A stretch of 64,000 bases of DNA from Acidobacteriota bacterium (GTDB lineage Bacteria; Acidobacteriota; Vicinamibacteria; Fen-336), in the NCBI GenBank assembly GCA_003223555.1, contig QHVM01000023.1, positions 1,912 to 65,911 of the forward strand. The letters are read 5' to 3'. Shown one piece after another: positions 37,378 to 47,589 of the stretch; the first letter of the stretch is position 1, and every line of letters starts with the position of its first letter. The notes below the pieces were generated by a model that was given only the letters and a program-made list of their open reading frames with translations, did not search any database and was not told the origin of the DNA. Both the position numbers and the translations under genes were made by a program.

Positions 37378-38108
37378 CCCGCGATGGTGCGCGCGATGCG
37401 CATCTTGCTCTGGCCGGCCCGCAGCGAGCCGTCGAGGGGCATGGCCACCTCGGAGATGGTGGCCCCGACCTGGATGAGCTTGGCCAGCAGCTCGACCATG
37501 CACTCGAAGCCGGGCGTCTCGAGGATCGCGGGGCCGTACCGTGTCTGGAGGCGCTTCAGGACGGGCGCGCTGTAGAGCCGGAAGAACGAGCTCATCGTGA
37601 GGATGCCGTGGATGCCCAGCAGCTCCTTGATCAGGCTGTTCGCCCCATGGCTCAGGAACACCCGCAGCGGCGTGTTGTTGGTCATGCCGCCCCCGTACAT
37701 GTAGGGGCTGGCCAGTACGACCTCGAAGCCCTCCCGGCGCCGCACGAGCATCTGCTGGAGCGTGTCGATGCGCGAGGTGTTGTCCCCCTCCATGGTGGCA
37801 ACCCAGTCGGCCTCGGCCAGGCGCGGCGCCAGGTGGGCGAAGCCGGTTCCGAAGGCGCGGCCCGGCCCCAGGTTCCTCTCGTGCCGGAGCACCTCGACGG
37901 CCAGGCTGCCCTTCTCCTCACGGATCTTCTCCCCCGTGCCGTCGGTGCTGCCGTCGTCGATGAAGACCGCCGCGCATTGCATCTGCCCGACCAGGCCCTC
38001 CTCCAGGCGGCGGAAGCCCGCGAGCAGCCGGGCGACGTTGGGCGACTCGTTGAGCAGAGGGACCAGGACGTAGAGGTGCGGCGGCTGGCCGCGACCCGCC
38101 TGGGTCAA
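37332..38108 (-). CDS. GT2 polyprenyl-phosphate glycosyltransferase (DPM1/ArnC-like, no TM tail)
   Basis: LYVLVPLLNESPNVARLLAG...AVFIDDGSTDGTGE...; TTG start in a TTGA overlap with the upstream decarboxylase gene. Confidence 0.7.
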   Translation of the reverse strand: MTQAGRGQPPHLYVLVPLLNESPNVARLLAGFRRLEEGLVGQMQCAAVFIDDGSTDGTGEKIREEKGSLAVEVLRHERNLGPGRAFGTGFAHLAPRLAEADWVATMEGDNTSRIDTLQQMLVRRREGFEVVLASPYMYGGGMTNNTPLRVFLSHGANSLIKELLGIHGILTMSSFFRLYSAPVLKRLQTRYGPAILETPGFECMVELLAKLIQVGATISEVAMPLDGSLRAGQSKMRIARTIAGYLRLFWVGRKWRVR

Positions 38109-39124
38109 CGCTCGTCCTCGAGGGTGAATCCCGGGTTGGCCTGCCGGATCTCCTCGAGGTGCTCGCGGAACCATTCCACCTGCCGGCGCATCCCCTCGCC
38201 GACGTCGATCCGCGGCCGCCAGCCGAGCAGGCATTCGGCCTTGCCGATGTCCACCGTGCGCTGGCGGGGGTCCTCGTAGCCGCGGGAGAAATCCGTATAA
38301 GGCACGAAGCGGAGCCGGGGCCTCGTGCGCGCGCCGGCCAGGCGCCAGACGAGATAGGCCAGGTTCACGATGCTGAGATGGTCGGCCGCCCCCACGTTGA
38401 CGACCTCGCCCTCCGCGTACGGAGCCTCGAGGACGCGGAGGGTGGCCTCCACCGCGTCCGAGACATGGGCGAAGGGGCGCGTCTGGGTGCCGTCGCCATG
38501 GATCGGCATCGGCTGGTCGGTCAGGGCCGCATGGATGAAGATGTCCTGGGGCCCGGACAGCCTGGAGAGCTGGTAGGTCGGTCCATAGATGCCGGAGTAG
38601 CGGACGATCGAGACGGGGACGCCGTGCGACTCGGCGTACGCGAAGCACAGGTGCTCGCCGTAGACCTTGGACACCGCGGAGGCCCAGCGGTTGATCTTCG
38701 AGTCACCCAGCACGAGCGTGCTCTCCTCGCTGAAGCGGGGATCCGGGTTCTTCCCGTACACGTCGTCGGTGGAGGCGAACAGCATGCGTGCCCCGTGGCG
38801 GCGCGCGCACTCCAGCACCACCTCGGTGCCCCTGCCGTTGACTTCCAGCGTGGCCAGGTACCCGGTGTAGCGCGGGATCTTCAGGGCAGCCAGGTGGACG
38901 AGGGTGGAGGCGCCGGCGGTGAGCCTCTCCATCGATCCGAGGTCCCGGACGTCGGCCTCGTGGAAGCGGAACGAGGGATGCTCGACGCACGACGCTAGGT
39001 TGACCCGGCGGCCCTGGGAGAGGTCGTCCACTCCCACGACCTCGTGCCCCTTCTCCAGCAGGGCGCGCGCGAGATGGGGCCCGATGAGGCCGGCGACGCC
39101 GGTGACCACGCCCCGCTCGCTCAG
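38105..39124 (-). CDS. SDR NAD-dependent epimerase/dehydratase, UDP-glucuronate decarboxylase (UXS / ArnA C-domain)-like, paralog 2
   Basis: VVTGVAGLIGPHL...HLAALKIPRY...KINRWASAVSKVYGEHLCFAYAE (cf. ArnA KRWIYSVSKQLLDRVIWAY); probable CTG start in a CTGA overlap (an alternative GTG lies 15 nt downstream). Confidence 0.75.
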   Translation of the reverse strand: MSERGVVTGVAGLIGPHLARALLEKGHEVVGVDDLSQGRRVNLASCVEHPSFRFHEADVRDLGSMERLTAGASTLVHLAALKIPRYTGYLATLEVNGRGTEVVLECARRHGARMLFASTDDVYGKNPDPRFSEESTLVLGDSKINRWASAVSKVYGEHLCFAYAESHGVPVSIVRYSGIYGPTYQLSRLSGPQDIFIHAALTDQPMPIHGDGTQTRPFAHVSDAVEATLRVLEAPYAEGEVVNVGAADHLSIVNLAYLVWRLAGARTRPRLRFVPYTDFSRGYEDPRQRTVDIGKAECLLGWRPRIDVGEGMRRQVEWFREHLEEIRQANPGFTLEDER

Positions 39125-40107
39125 GACGCCGTCCCTTCCCGCGCCGTCACCGCCCGCTGCCACTCCACGGTGCGGCGCAGGCCCTCGTCGAGGTCGACCC
39201 GGGGCGTGAAGCCGAGCCGATCCCGGGCCTTGGCGATGTCGGGCACCCGGTGCCGCACGTCTTCGTACCGGCCGAAGGTCTGATACGAGACCCGCTTGAC
39301 CTTCGGCTCGCCGCGTCCGGCCAGGCGCCATACCTTCTCGGCCAGGGCCTGGATCGTGACCGGCCGCGTGTCCCCGAGGTTGAAGATCTCCCCCACCGCC
39401 CGCTCCTCGAACATCGCCCGGACGATACCGTCCACGGTGTCGTCGACGTAGGTGAAGCTGCGCGTCTGCTGGCCGTCGCCGTGCACTTCCATCGGCTGGT
39501 CGCGCAGGGCGGCGTCGATGAACACCGCCTGCGGTCCCCCCCACCAGGTGCGGTTCTGGCCGGGCCCGTAGGACCCGAAAAGGCGGAGGACGATGACCGG
39601 CACGCCGCGCTCCTGCTGATAGGCGAAGCAGAGGTGCTCGTCGAAGATCTTGGACGTGGCGTAGGCCCAGCGCTTCACGCTGGTCTCGCCCAGGTAGAGG
39701 TCGTTCGTCTCCGCGAAGGGCAGGTGCGGGCTCTTGCCGTACACGTCGGAGGTGGAGGCGAGGACGAGCCTCGCCCCGACCCGGGCGGCCGCCTTCAGCA
39801 TCGACTCGGTGCCGTGGGTGTTGACGAGGAGGGTGTCGAGGGCGTTGCCGTAGCGGGGGATCTTGAAGGCGGCCAGGTGCACGACCACGGTGGCGCCGGC
39901 GGCCAGGCGCTGCATGGCCGCCCCGTCGCGAACGTCCTCGCGCACGAACCGGAAGCTCCGGTGCTCGACGAGCGGCTCCACGTTCAGCATGGTGCTCTGG
40001 GAGAGGTTGTCGATGCCGCAGACGGCATGGCCACGCTCGAGGAGCGCGCGGCTCAGGTTCGAGCCGATGAAGCCCGCCGCCCCGGTCACCACGATGCTCT
40101 CGGTCAT
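39121..40107 (-). CDS. SDR NAD-dependent epimerase/dehydratase, UDP-glucuronate decarboxylase (UXS / ArnA C-domain)-like, paralog 1
   Basis: MTESIVVTGAAGFIGSNL...HLAAFKIPRY...SVKRWAYATSKIFDEHLCFAYQQ. Confidence 0.8.
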   Translation of the reverse strand: MTESIVVTGAAGFIGSNLSRALLERGHAVCGIDNLSQSTMLNVEPLVEHRSFRFVREDVRDGAAMQRLAAGATVVVHLAAFKIPRYGNALDTLLVNTHGTESMLKAAARVGARLVLASTSDVYGKSPHLPFAETNDLYLGETSVKRWAYATSKIFDEHLCFAYQQERGVPVIVLRLFGSYGPGQNRTWWGGPQAVFIDAALRDQPMEVHGDGQQTRSFTYVDDTVDGIVRAMFEERAVGEIFNLGDTRPVTIQALAEKVWRLAGRGEPKVKRVSYQTFGRYEDVRHRVPDIAKARDRLGFTPRVDLDEGLRRTVEWQRAVTAREGTAS

Positions 40108-40131
40108 GCCGTCTCCGGGCGCGCCGCCGCC

Positions 40132-41343
40132 TCAGGCCAGCGACAGCTCCGCGAGCTGGAAGGTCAGGCGGCGGGGGTCCTCGCCGCCCGAGGCGGCGGG
40201 GACGAAGCAGCGGTTCATCCGCAGGGTGATCTCGAGCATGGGCGCCTCCGGCACGCCCGGCGGCAGGGGCACCTCGATCTCGAAGGGCCGGCTCCGGGTG
40301 AGGTCGAACCGGAGGAGGTACCTTCCGTTGAAGAGCACCTCGGCCCGGAGGGGCAGCACGCGCTCCGGTGAGCATTGCGCGGTGCCGGCGAAGCGCAGGC
40401 GCGTCTTGCCGCGCCAGTCCGGGAAGAGGAAGTATGCGCGGTCGGAGAGCCAGCGGTCCGGATAGGGGCTGGGCGGGAAGAGCCGGCTCAAGCGGCCGAA
40501 GATGAGGTTCGCCCCGAGGCTGCGCACGGACCGGCCCAGCCGCCGGAAGGCCGGGCGGTCCAGCCAGGGCAGGTCCCGCCGGATCCTCTCGCCCATCGCC
40601 GCCTGGTAGGCGTCCCACCCGTAATTGAAGTAGGCGGGAGGGAAACGGCGCCTCCCGTGGCGGCGCATCATCGACGCCAGCTCGGAGAAGCGATGCAGCC
40701 CGCCGGAGAAGGTCTTGGCGGCGGCATATTCCCTGAGGTTGCCCAGAAACTCGGGGATATATGCGATCTCGAAGCGCTTGGCAACCCGGATCCAGAAGTC
40801 CCAGTCCATCCCGTAGTGGAGCGATTCGTCGAGCATGCCCACCGCGTCGAAGACGCACCGGCGCCAGAACGCCGTCTGCTGCAGGATGTAATCGCTGAAG
40901 TAGACGAGCCGCCAGAGGCTGAAGGGCTCGGTGGACGGAAAGCGGCGGGTGACCCGGCCCGCCTCGTCGAGGAGGTATCCCTCCCCGTAGACCATCGCCA
41001 CATCGGGGCAGGCCCGCAGGTACGCGACGGCCTTGGTGACCGCTCCCGGCACGTAGGTGTCGTCGGAGTTGAGCCAGGAGACGATCTCGCCCCTGGCCAT
41101 CCGGAAGCCCTTGTTGATGGCCTCGGACTGGCCCCCGTCCGGCTCGGATATCCACCGCAGCCGTCCTTCGTGGCGGCGCAGGACCTCCAGCGTCTGGTCG
41201 GTCGATCCTCCGTCGACCACGATGTACTCGAGGTTCGGGTAGTCCTGGCCGAGCACGCTCTGGATGGTGTCCTCGATGAAGCGGCCCTGGTTGTAGGAAG
41301 GCGTGACGATGGAGACCAGCGGAAGGACCTCGGCCTGGGCCAT
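40132..41343 (-). CDS. family 2 glycosyltransferase
   Basis: LPLVSIVTPSYNQGRFIEDTIQSVLGQDYPNLEYIVVDGGSTD. Confidence 0.75.
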   Translation of the reverse strand: MAQAEVLPLVSIVTPSYNQGRFIEDTIQSVLGQDYPNLEYIVVDGGSTDQTLEVLRRHEGRLRWISEPDGGQSEAINKGFRMARGEIVSWLNSDDTYVPGAVTKAVAYLRACPDVAMVYGEGYLLDEAGRVTRRFPSTEPFSLWRLVYFSDYILQQTAFWRRCVFDAVGMLDESLHYGMDWDFWIRVAKRFEIAYIPEFLGNLREYAAAKTFSGGLHRFSELASMMRRHGRRRFPPAYFNYGWDAYQAAMGERIRRDLPWLDRPAFRRLGRSVRSLGANLIFGRLSRLFPPSPYPDRWLSDRAYFLFPDWRGKTRLRFAGTAQCSPERVLPLRAEVLFNGRYLLRFDLTRSRPFEIEVPLPPGVPEAPMLEITLRMNRCFVPAASGGEDPRRLTFQLAELSLA

Positions 41344-41373
41344 GGATTCAGGTGGGTGGGTCCGGCCAGGGGC

Positions 41374-42237
41374 TCAGGGCGCGCTTCCCGCCCCGAGGCC
41401 CCGCTGCGCACGGCGGCCGCGATGATACCACTTGTGGTGCAGGTAGCCGACCGCCTGGTAGAGCCGCCTCCAGCGGGCGGGAGGCCCGAGCCACCGCCCG
41501 GGCCCGGCCGCCATCCGGTCGTGCCACAGGCCGATGAAGTACGTCCGGCCCACCCGGCCGAGCTGCGTCTCGCAGACGGCGAAGATCTCGCGCAGCACGT
41601 CGCGCCGCTCGGCCAGGGTCTTGGCTCCCGGATGCAGGCGCGTGGCGGCGAGGATGCGCGGCAGGTGCTCCAGCCGGCCGCCGGCCCGGGCCAGCCGCAG
41701 CCAGTACTCGTAGTCCATCGCGTAGCGCAGCGCCTCGTTGAACGGCCCCACTCGCCCGGCGACGCGCGAGCGCCAGAAGGCCGCCGGCTGGCAGACGACG
41801 TTCTCCTCCGCCAGGCGCGAGAAGGAGTACTCGGCGGTGGGATAGGCGCCGATGACGCGGTCTTCCTCGTCGACGTAGTCGGCGTCCCCGTAGACGAGAT
41901 CGCATTCCGCGTTCCGGGCCAGGTGCTGCACCACGGCCTCCACCGCGCCCGGCCGTAGCAGGTCGTCCGAGTTGAGGTAGGCGAAGACCTCTCCGTGGGC
42001 CCCGGCAAAGCCGCGGTTCAGCGCGGCGCTCTGGCCGGCGTCGGGCTGCGAGTCCCACCGCAGGCGGTCGCCGTAGGAGCCGAGGATCTCCCGCGAGCCG
42101 TCGGTCGACCCCCCGTCGCAGACGATGTACTCGATGCGCGGATAACCCTGGCCGAGCACGCTCTCGATCGTCCGGCGCAGGAACCGGCCCTGGTTGAACG
42201 ACGGCGTCACGATGGAGACGAGAGGCAGGCCTTCCAT
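41374..42237 (-). CDS. family 2 glycosyltransferase (paralog of 40132-41343)
   Basis: MEGLPLVSIVTPSFNQGRFLRRTIESVLGQGYPRIEYIVCDGGSTD; ATG shares its A with the upstream TGA (TGATG). Confidence 0.75.
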   Translation of the reverse strand: MEGLPLVSIVTPSFNQGRFLRRTIESVLGQGYPRIEYIVCDGGSTDGSREILGSYGDRLRWDSQPDAGQSAALNRGFAGAHGEVFAYLNSDDLLRPGAVEAVVQHLARNAECDLVYGDADYVDEEDRVIGAYPTAEYSFSRLAEENVVCQPAAFWRSRVAGRVGPFNEALRYAMDYEYWLRLARAGGRLEHLPRILAATRLHPGAKTLAERRDVLREIFAVCETQLGRVGRTYFIGLWHDRMAAGPGRWLGPPARWRRLYQAVGYLHHKWYHRGRRAQRGLGAGSAP

Positions 42238-43454
42238 CAGCCCTCTCGCTGCGCCGTCCTCAGGAGCGTTCCCGGCGCGGCCCGCACCGACGCCAGTCGC
42301 GCGTAAGCGGCCAGGATGCGCGGGATCACGGCCGGCCAGCGAAAGCACTCCGCCCGTTGCGTTCCCCGGCCGGCCAGCTCGGCCCGGCGCGCGTCGCTGC
42401 TCCAGACCTCCGCCACCGCGCCGGCGATGTCTTCGGGCCGCCGGGGATCGAAGTAGCGCACCGCCTCCCCGCCCACCTCGGGCAGCGCCGCCGTCCGGGC
42501 GCAGGCCACCGGGCAGCCGCACGCCATCGCCTCCAGCACGGGCATGCCGAAGCCTTCGAAGAGCGACGGAAAGACGAGGACCCGGGCGGCGCGATACAGG
42601 GCCGGCATGTCTTCTTCGGCGACGAAGCCCAGGTCGCGGACCTGTTCGGGCCGCAGCCCGGCCTCCCTCGCCAGCGCGGCCACCGAGCGTCGTTCGCCTT
42701 CGAGCCGTCCCGTGCAGACGAGCGGCACGACCAGGGAGCGCTGCCGGGCAAGGCCGGCCAGGGCGGCCAGGAGCCGGGCGTGGTTCTTGTGGGGCCAGGG
42801 ATTCGCCGGATACAGCGCGAAGTCTCCGCCCGGCAGGCCGTACCGCGATTCGAGACGGCCGCGCTCCCCCGGCTCTTCGCGCGGCCGGAAGCGGCCGGAG
42901 ATCCCGACCGGCACGACGACGATCTTCTCCCCCGGCGTCCCGTAGCGGGAGGTCAGGCTGCGGGCGGTGAACTCCGAGGGCACGAGCACCAGGCGGGCCT
43001 GGCCGACGCCTCGCCGGTGGGCCACGGCGCGGCCGATCCGCTCCCGGAGGGGAAAGAAGCCGGGGTGGAACTCTTCCTGCATGTCGAAGAAGGTCAGCGC
43101 CACCGGCGTCTGCAGGTCGAGAGGCGGCAACCGCGTGGTCGCGAAATGAAGGAGGTCCAGGCCGAGGCCGTCGATCTCCGCCGCCCGCGGATGCGGGGCC
43201 GGCGGCCAGCCGAGGGCGAACCGCAGCAGCTCCGGCAGCGGGCGCCGCCGCGGAGCCGGAGCCTGGAGGCGGGCGGCCGAGAAGCGCGGCGAGGCGGGCA
43301 GGGGCGGGCTCTCTTCCGCCCGGGAGCAGAAGACGACGTACTCGTGGCCGGGGGCGTCGGCCTCCGCCAGGGCTCGCAGCAGCTCGCGGAGGTAGACCTG
43401 CAGCCCTCCCACCTGGCCGAGGCCGTAGCCGGACCCGCTGATCCCGATGCGCAT
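42237..43454 (-). CDS. GT4 family glycosyltransferase
   Basis: ...HKNHARLLAA...VLVFPSLFEGFGMPVLEAMACGCPV (Glycos_transf_1). Confidence 0.75.
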   Translation of the reverse strand: MRIGISGSGYGLGQVGGLQVYLRELLRALAEADAPGHEYVVFCSRAEESPPLPASPRFSAARLQAPAPRRRPLPELLRFALGWPPAPHPRAAEIDGLGLDLLHFATTRLPPLDLQTPVALTFFDMQEEFHPGFFPLRERIGRAVAHRRGVGQARLVLVPSEFTARSLTSRYGTPGEKIVVVPVGISGRFRPREEPGERGRLESRYGLPGGDFALYPANPWPHKNHARLLAALAGLARQRSLVVPLVCTGRLEGERRSVAALAREAGLRPEQVRDLGFVAEEDMPALYRAARVLVFPSLFEGFGMPVLEAMACGCPVACARTAALPEVGGEAVRYFDPRRPEDIAGAVAEVWSSDARRAELAGRGTQRAECFRWPAVIPRILAAYARLASVRAAPGTLLRTAQREG

Positions 43455-43479
43455 CAGCCTCGAGCCTGGAACGAGTGAC

Positions 43480-44061
43480 TCACTCCCGGGCGAAACTCAG
43501 CGCTCCCTCGTGCAGGCGGTAGGTCGTCCCGCACACGCTGCACCGGACGGTCTCCTCCGCGACGTCGAGCTTGACGCCGCACCGGCACATCCATCCCGTG
43601 AGGCGGGCCGGATTGCCCACCACCAGGGCGAAGTCGGGCACGTCGCGCGTCACCACCGCCCCCGCCCCCACGAAGGCGTAGACGCCGATGGTGACGCCGC
43701 AGACGACGGTGGCGTTGGCGCCGATCGAGGCTCCCCGGCGGACGAGCGTGCGCCGGTACTCGTCCCGCCGCACCACCTCCGCGCGGGGGTTCACCACGTT
43801 GGTGAAGACCATCGACGGGCCGCAGAAGACCGCGTCCTCCAGGATGACGCCGGCGTAGAGGCTGACGTTGTTCTGGATCTTGCAGTCGTCGCCCACCCGC
43901 ACGCCCGGCGAGACGAACACGTTCTGGCCGATGTTGCACCGCTTGCCGATCACGCTGTCGCCCATGACGTGGCAGAAGTGCCAGATCTTCGTCCCCTCCC
44001 CGATCTGGCACGGCTCGTCGACGAGGCTGGTCTCGTGGACGAAGTAGGGCTTGTCGCTCAC
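43480..44061 (-). CDS. left-handed beta-helix sugar N-acetyltransferase (WbpD/WlbB-like) with C-terminal Cys4 ribbon
   Basis: Hexapeptide repeats ...[32 protein letters not shown]... and C-terminal WMCRCGVKL...CSVCGTTY; GTG start in a GTGA overlap. Confidence 0.75.
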   Translation of the reverse strand: MSDKPYFVHETSLVDEPCQIGEGTKIWHFCHVMGDSVIGKRCNIGQNVFVSPGVRVGDDCKIQNNVSLYAGVILEDAVFCGPSMVFTNVVNPRAEVVRRDEYRRTLVRRGASIGANATVVCGVTIGVYAFVGAGAVVTRDVPDFALVVGNPARLTGWMCRCGVKLDVAEETVRCSVCGTTYRLHEGALSFARE

Positions 44062-45050
44062 AGCCGCACCGGCCGGCCACCCTCCTCGACGGAGCGCTGG
44101 CAGGCCTCCAGCACCCGCAGCACCTTCAGGCCGTTCAGGCCGTCCGTGCGCGGGGTGCGCCGGGTGCGCACGCACTCCACGAAGTGGGCGAGCTCCTCCC
44201 GCAGCGGCTCCATCTCCGGGAAGAACAGGGTCGACTCCGCGGTCTGCCGGATGACCGGTTCCCCGTCCTTCCAATCGATCCCCTTGTCGAAGATCTTGAG
44301 CTTGCCCTCCTTGGCCACGTCGTCGAACACCCCCATCTTGCGGCTGCCGATCACCACCAGCTTCTGCTCCTTGAAGGGGTGGAGCCAGCTCACGAAGATG
44401 TGGGCCCGCAGCCGGCCCGGGAAGGCCAGGCAGGTCATCGTCACGTCGGCGATGTCGTGCTGGAGGTAGCTCTGACCGCTGGTGGAGGCCCACTCCGGCA
44501 TGGCGCCGGTCAGGAGGAGGATGACCGAGATGTCGTGGGGGGCGAAGCTCCAGAGGATGTTCTCCTCCTTCCGCACCTTGCCCAGGTTGAGGCGGTTCGA
44601 GTAGACGTAGTGGATCTCGCCCAGCTCGCCCGCGTCGACGAACTCCTTCAGCTTGCGCACCGCGGGGTGGTACTCGAGGACATGGCCGACCATCAGCACC
44701 CTCTTCTCGCGCTCGGCCAGGGCCACCAGCTCCTCGGCCTGGGGCACTTGCAGGGCCAGGGGCTTCTCCACGAAGGCGTCCTTGCCGGCCAGCATCACCT
44801 TCTTGGCCAGTGCGTAGTGCTGATCGGCCGGCACCGCCAGCGCCACCGCCTGCACCCGGGGATCGGCCAGGGCGCGGCCGATGTCGGAGAGGGCGTCGAC
44901 GCCCTTGTAGCTCGCCCGCACGCCGTCCAGCACCGCCGGGTTGGCGTCGACGACCGAGACGAGGTGCCCCATCTGGTGGAGGTTCCGGACGAGGTTCTTC
45001 CCCCAGTAACCGCACCCCGCGACCGCCACCCCTACCGCCGGCGACGCCAC
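44058..45050 (-). CDS. Gfo/Idh/MocA family oxidoreductase (WbpB-like UDP-sugar 3-dehydrogenase candidate)
   Basis: [19 protein letters not shown]...FVEKPLA...; full-length GFO_IDH_MocA N- and C-domains. Confidence 0.8.
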   Translation of the reverse strand: MASPAVGVAVAGCGYWGKNLVRNLHQMGHLVSVVDANPAVLDGVRASYKGVDALSDIGRALADPRVQAVALAVPADQHYALAKKVMLAGKDAFVEKPLALQVPQAEELVALAEREKRVLMVGHVLEYHPAVRKLKEFVDAGELGEIHYVYSNRLNLGKVRKEENILWSFAPHDISVILLLTGAMPEWASTSGQSYLQHDIADVTMTCLAFPGRLRAHIFVSWLHPFKEQKLVVIGSRKMGVFDDVAKEGKLKIFDKGIDWKDGEPVIRQTAESTLFFPEMEPLREELAHFVECVRTRRTPRTDGLNGLKVLRVLEACQRSVEEGGRPVRL

Positions 45051-46010
45051 CTACTTGAGGCCCTTGTTGTGCTCCATGTCCATCCACATGGCGAAGAAGA
45101 GCATCTGCATCCCCATGATGAGGCAGAAGGCGTCGAAGATCGCCGCGTTGGGTGAGAGCGCCCCCACGCTCAGCCGCAGGAAGATGAGGTAGGCGCCGAA
45201 GAGCAACCCGCCCCCCACCAGGAACAGCCCGAAGGCGAGGAAGAACACCAGGGGGTGGAAGTCCCGGATGATGTACTTCTCCTTCATCCGCCAGAAATAG
45301 CACTTGACGAGAAGCCAGGACAGGCTGGGCACGACCCGCGGCAGTCTCATGCCCGACACCTCGCCGATGTTGTAGACGGGGCGGATCGGCACGTCGCGCA
45401 CCCGGAAGTCGTAGTTGTTCAGCTCCACCAGCAGGTGGTTCGGGAAGCCGTAGCGCTTGTAGAGCCGGTCCAGGTGCAGCACCCGTAGGGCCTCGATCGT
45501 GATCGCGGTGTAGCCGGACTGACTGTCGGCGACGTGCCAGTAGCCCGAGGCGACCTTGGTCAGGAACGACAGCCCCGCGTTGCCCAGGTAACGGTGCCGC
45601 GGGATGATCTGCCACGCCTCGCCGGTGAAGAGGCGGTTGCCCTTGGTGAAGTCCGCCTCGTTCCTGACCAGCGGGGCCAGGATCTTCGGCAGGTCCTCGG
45701 GGTCCATCTGCGCATCGCCCGCCATCACCGCCACCAACGCGTTCTCGGACGGCGCCTCCTCCATCACCGCCTTGTAGCCGGACACGATGGCGCCCCCCAC
45801 GCCCGCGTTCCGCTCGTGCCGGATGACCCTCAGGCGGCAGCCGATCCGGTCATGGCACGCGCCGAGGACCCGGCCGGTCTCGTCGCTCGATGCATCGTCG
45901 ACGACCACGATGCGGTCGACGAGGGAGGGCATCGTGTCGAGCACCCTCCCGATCAGCTTCGCCTCGTTGTACGCGGGGACCACCACGGCCACCCAACGGC
46001 CCTCGAGCAT
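45051..46010 (-). CDS. GT2 polyprenyl-phosphate glycosyltransferase with C-terminal TM anchor (GtrB/ArnC-like)
   Basis: [21 protein letters not shown]...[12 protein letters not shown]...; two C-terminal TM helices. Confidence 0.8.
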   Translation of the reverse strand: MLEGRWVAVVVPAYNEAKLIGRVLDTMPSLVDRIVVVDDASSDETGRVLGACHDRIGCRLRVIRHERNAGVGGAIVSGYKAVMEEAPSENALVAVMAGDAQMDPEDLPKILAPLVRNEADFTKGNRLFTGEAWQIIPRHRYLGNAGLSFLTKVASGYWHVADSQSGYTAITIEALRVLHLDRLYKRYGFPNHLLVELNNYDFRVRDVPIRPVYNIGEVSGMRLPRVVPSLSWLLVKCYFWRMKEKYIIRDFHPLVFFLAFGLFLVGGGLLFGAYLIFLRLSVGALSPNAAIFDAFCLIMGMQMLFFAMWMDMEHNKGLK

Positions 46011-46146
46011 CAGATTCGAGCACGGCGCGCTTCGCGCGCCTGAACGCCGCGTCCGCGGTCGGGCGCTTCCATCAAGCTTCCGCCCTCGCGGGAATGAATC
46101 CCGCTCGGGCGGGCAGGTGGCCCGACCGCGGTCGCGACATGGGCGG

Positions 46147-47589
46147 CTATTCTAGCTCGTAGACCCGCAGTTCCGAGGAATCGCGATACCGGAGCCGGAA
46201 CCGCCCGCGCTTCTCGAGTTCCTCGGGACCGGCGATGCCGAAGGAAAGGAAGTCTCCCGGGGCGATGAAGACGTGGGTGAGGCCATAGAGCCCGCCCAGC
46301 TTGCCGAGCGCGCGGCCCCGCAGGACCTTGTCCTCGGCGCGGTCGCGGCGGTCATCGTCGTCGGCCACGAGGAGGGTCGGAGCCCTCAGCACCCGGCGGC
46401 CCCCGAGGACCGCGATCTCGGGCGCGTAATCGGGGCTGGCCAGGAAGACCGACGAAGAAGGGGTCTCTCGACGCACCCAGGCCATGGCGGTCCGCAGCCG
46501 TTCCGCGATCGGCTCGCGGCTCTCGTCCATCAGCCGGTCGGTCCGGGTGGGAGTCCACCAGGTGAGGAAGCACGTCGGCGCGCCGGCCAGGACGAGCAGA
46601 GCGGGACTGAGCGAGGCCGGGGCGAAGCCGGCCAGCGCGCGGCGCCGGCCGAGCACGGCCGCCGCCTGCCTCAGCAGCGACGACAGGGGCTGCGCCGAGG
46701 CCAGGAGCAGGCCGAAGCGGTAGAAGGACTCGCTCCCCCACCCGTCGATCCCCAGGGGAAGCGCGCTCAGCAGGACGAGCGCCGCGCCCCCGAGGATCAA
46801 GGCCCGGCCTGCGGGAGCGAGGCGCGGCCAGCCCCAGGCCGCGAGCAGGCACCAGGGCACCTGGTCCAGCGTCAGCAGCAGCGTGGCGTCGGCGAGTCCG
46901 AGGCCCTCGGAGGCGCCATGGACGACGAGCCACGACGCCATCGCCGCGGCGCCGAGGCCGGTCGCGACCACTTCCCGGACGGCCAGACGGCCGAGGACGA
47001 GCGTCGCGGCCATGATCAGCAGGAGGAGCAACGCCGAGCCGGGATGGGCCCACAGGCCGGGGACGAAGCCCACGCCGCGGGCGGCGTCGAGGTCTCCGGT
47101 CGAGAACAGCAGGCACAGCGTCGCCGCCACCGGCGCGTCCTCGCGCCGCGGCCACAGCGAATGCACGAGGACCCCGAGGACGGGAAGGACCAGCAGCGGC
47201 AGCAGCGTCGGCCACAGGAGCAGCCACGCTGCGGGTCTCAGCCACGTCGCGGCCGGGATCCAGGCCTCGGCCGCGGGCGGCACGTCCACGAGAAAGCCCT
47301 GGCCGGGTGGGGCGCCCGCCGCGGCCACCGACATGTCGGCCGCCCGGCGGGTGAGCGCGGCGTCGAGGAACAGCCCGTAGGGTCGTCCGAGGGCCAGCAC
47401 CCAGAAGCCTTCGGCGGCCAGCACGAAGGTCACCCCGGCCAGCAAGGAGAGACCCGGACGCGACCGCCCCGCGGCGAGCACCCACAGGAGGGCGAGCGCG
47501 AGCAGGAGGTAGCGGAGCAGGCCCGCATGCAGCGCGGGGTCAGGCACCCCCTGCGGCACGCCCAGCAGCTCCCCCGCCCGGAGAATCAA
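46147..47589 (-). CDS. large polytopic membrane protein with C-terminal extracytoplasmic domain (candidate GT-C-type glycosyltransferase)
   Basis: >=10 hydrophobic segments followed by a soluble ~120-aa tail (...VFIAPGDFLSFG...RVYELE); TTG start in a TTGA overlap; paralogous to 47586-49319. Confidence 0.55.
   Translation of the reverse strand: MILRAGELLGVPQGVPDPALHAGLLRYLLLALALLWVLAAGRSRPGLSLLAGVTFVLAAEGFWVLALGRPYGLFLDAALTRRAADMSVAAAGAPPGQGFLVDVPPAAEAWIPAATWLRPAAWLLLWPTLLPLLVLPVLGVLVHSLWPRREDAPVAATLCLLFSTGDLDAARGVGFVPGLWAHPGSALLLLLIMAATLVLGRLAVREVVATGLGAAAMASWLVVHGASEGLGLADATLLLTLDQVPWCLLAAWGWPRLAPAGRALILGGAALVLLSALPLGIDGWGSESFYRFGLLLASAQPLSSLLRQAAAVLGRRRALAGFAPASLSPALLVLAGAPTCFLTWWTPTRTDRLMDESREPIAERLRTAMAWVRRETPSSSVFLASPDYAPEIAVLGGRRVLRAPTLLVADDDDRRDRAEDKVLRGRALGKLGGLYGLTHVFIAPGDFLSFGIAGPEELEKRGRFRLRYRDSSELRVYELE

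Noticed and set aside
46080-46110. tRNA T-arm-like motifs (GCGGGAATGAATCCCGC at ~46088, CGGGATGAATCCC at ~50290), considered as possible tRNA fragments or tRNA-derived repeats.
   Set aside because: The loops do not match the T-loop consensus (TTCRANY), and there are no matching acceptor, D or anticodon arms. I interpret them as plain GC-stem / AT-loop hairpins of the REP-like units.
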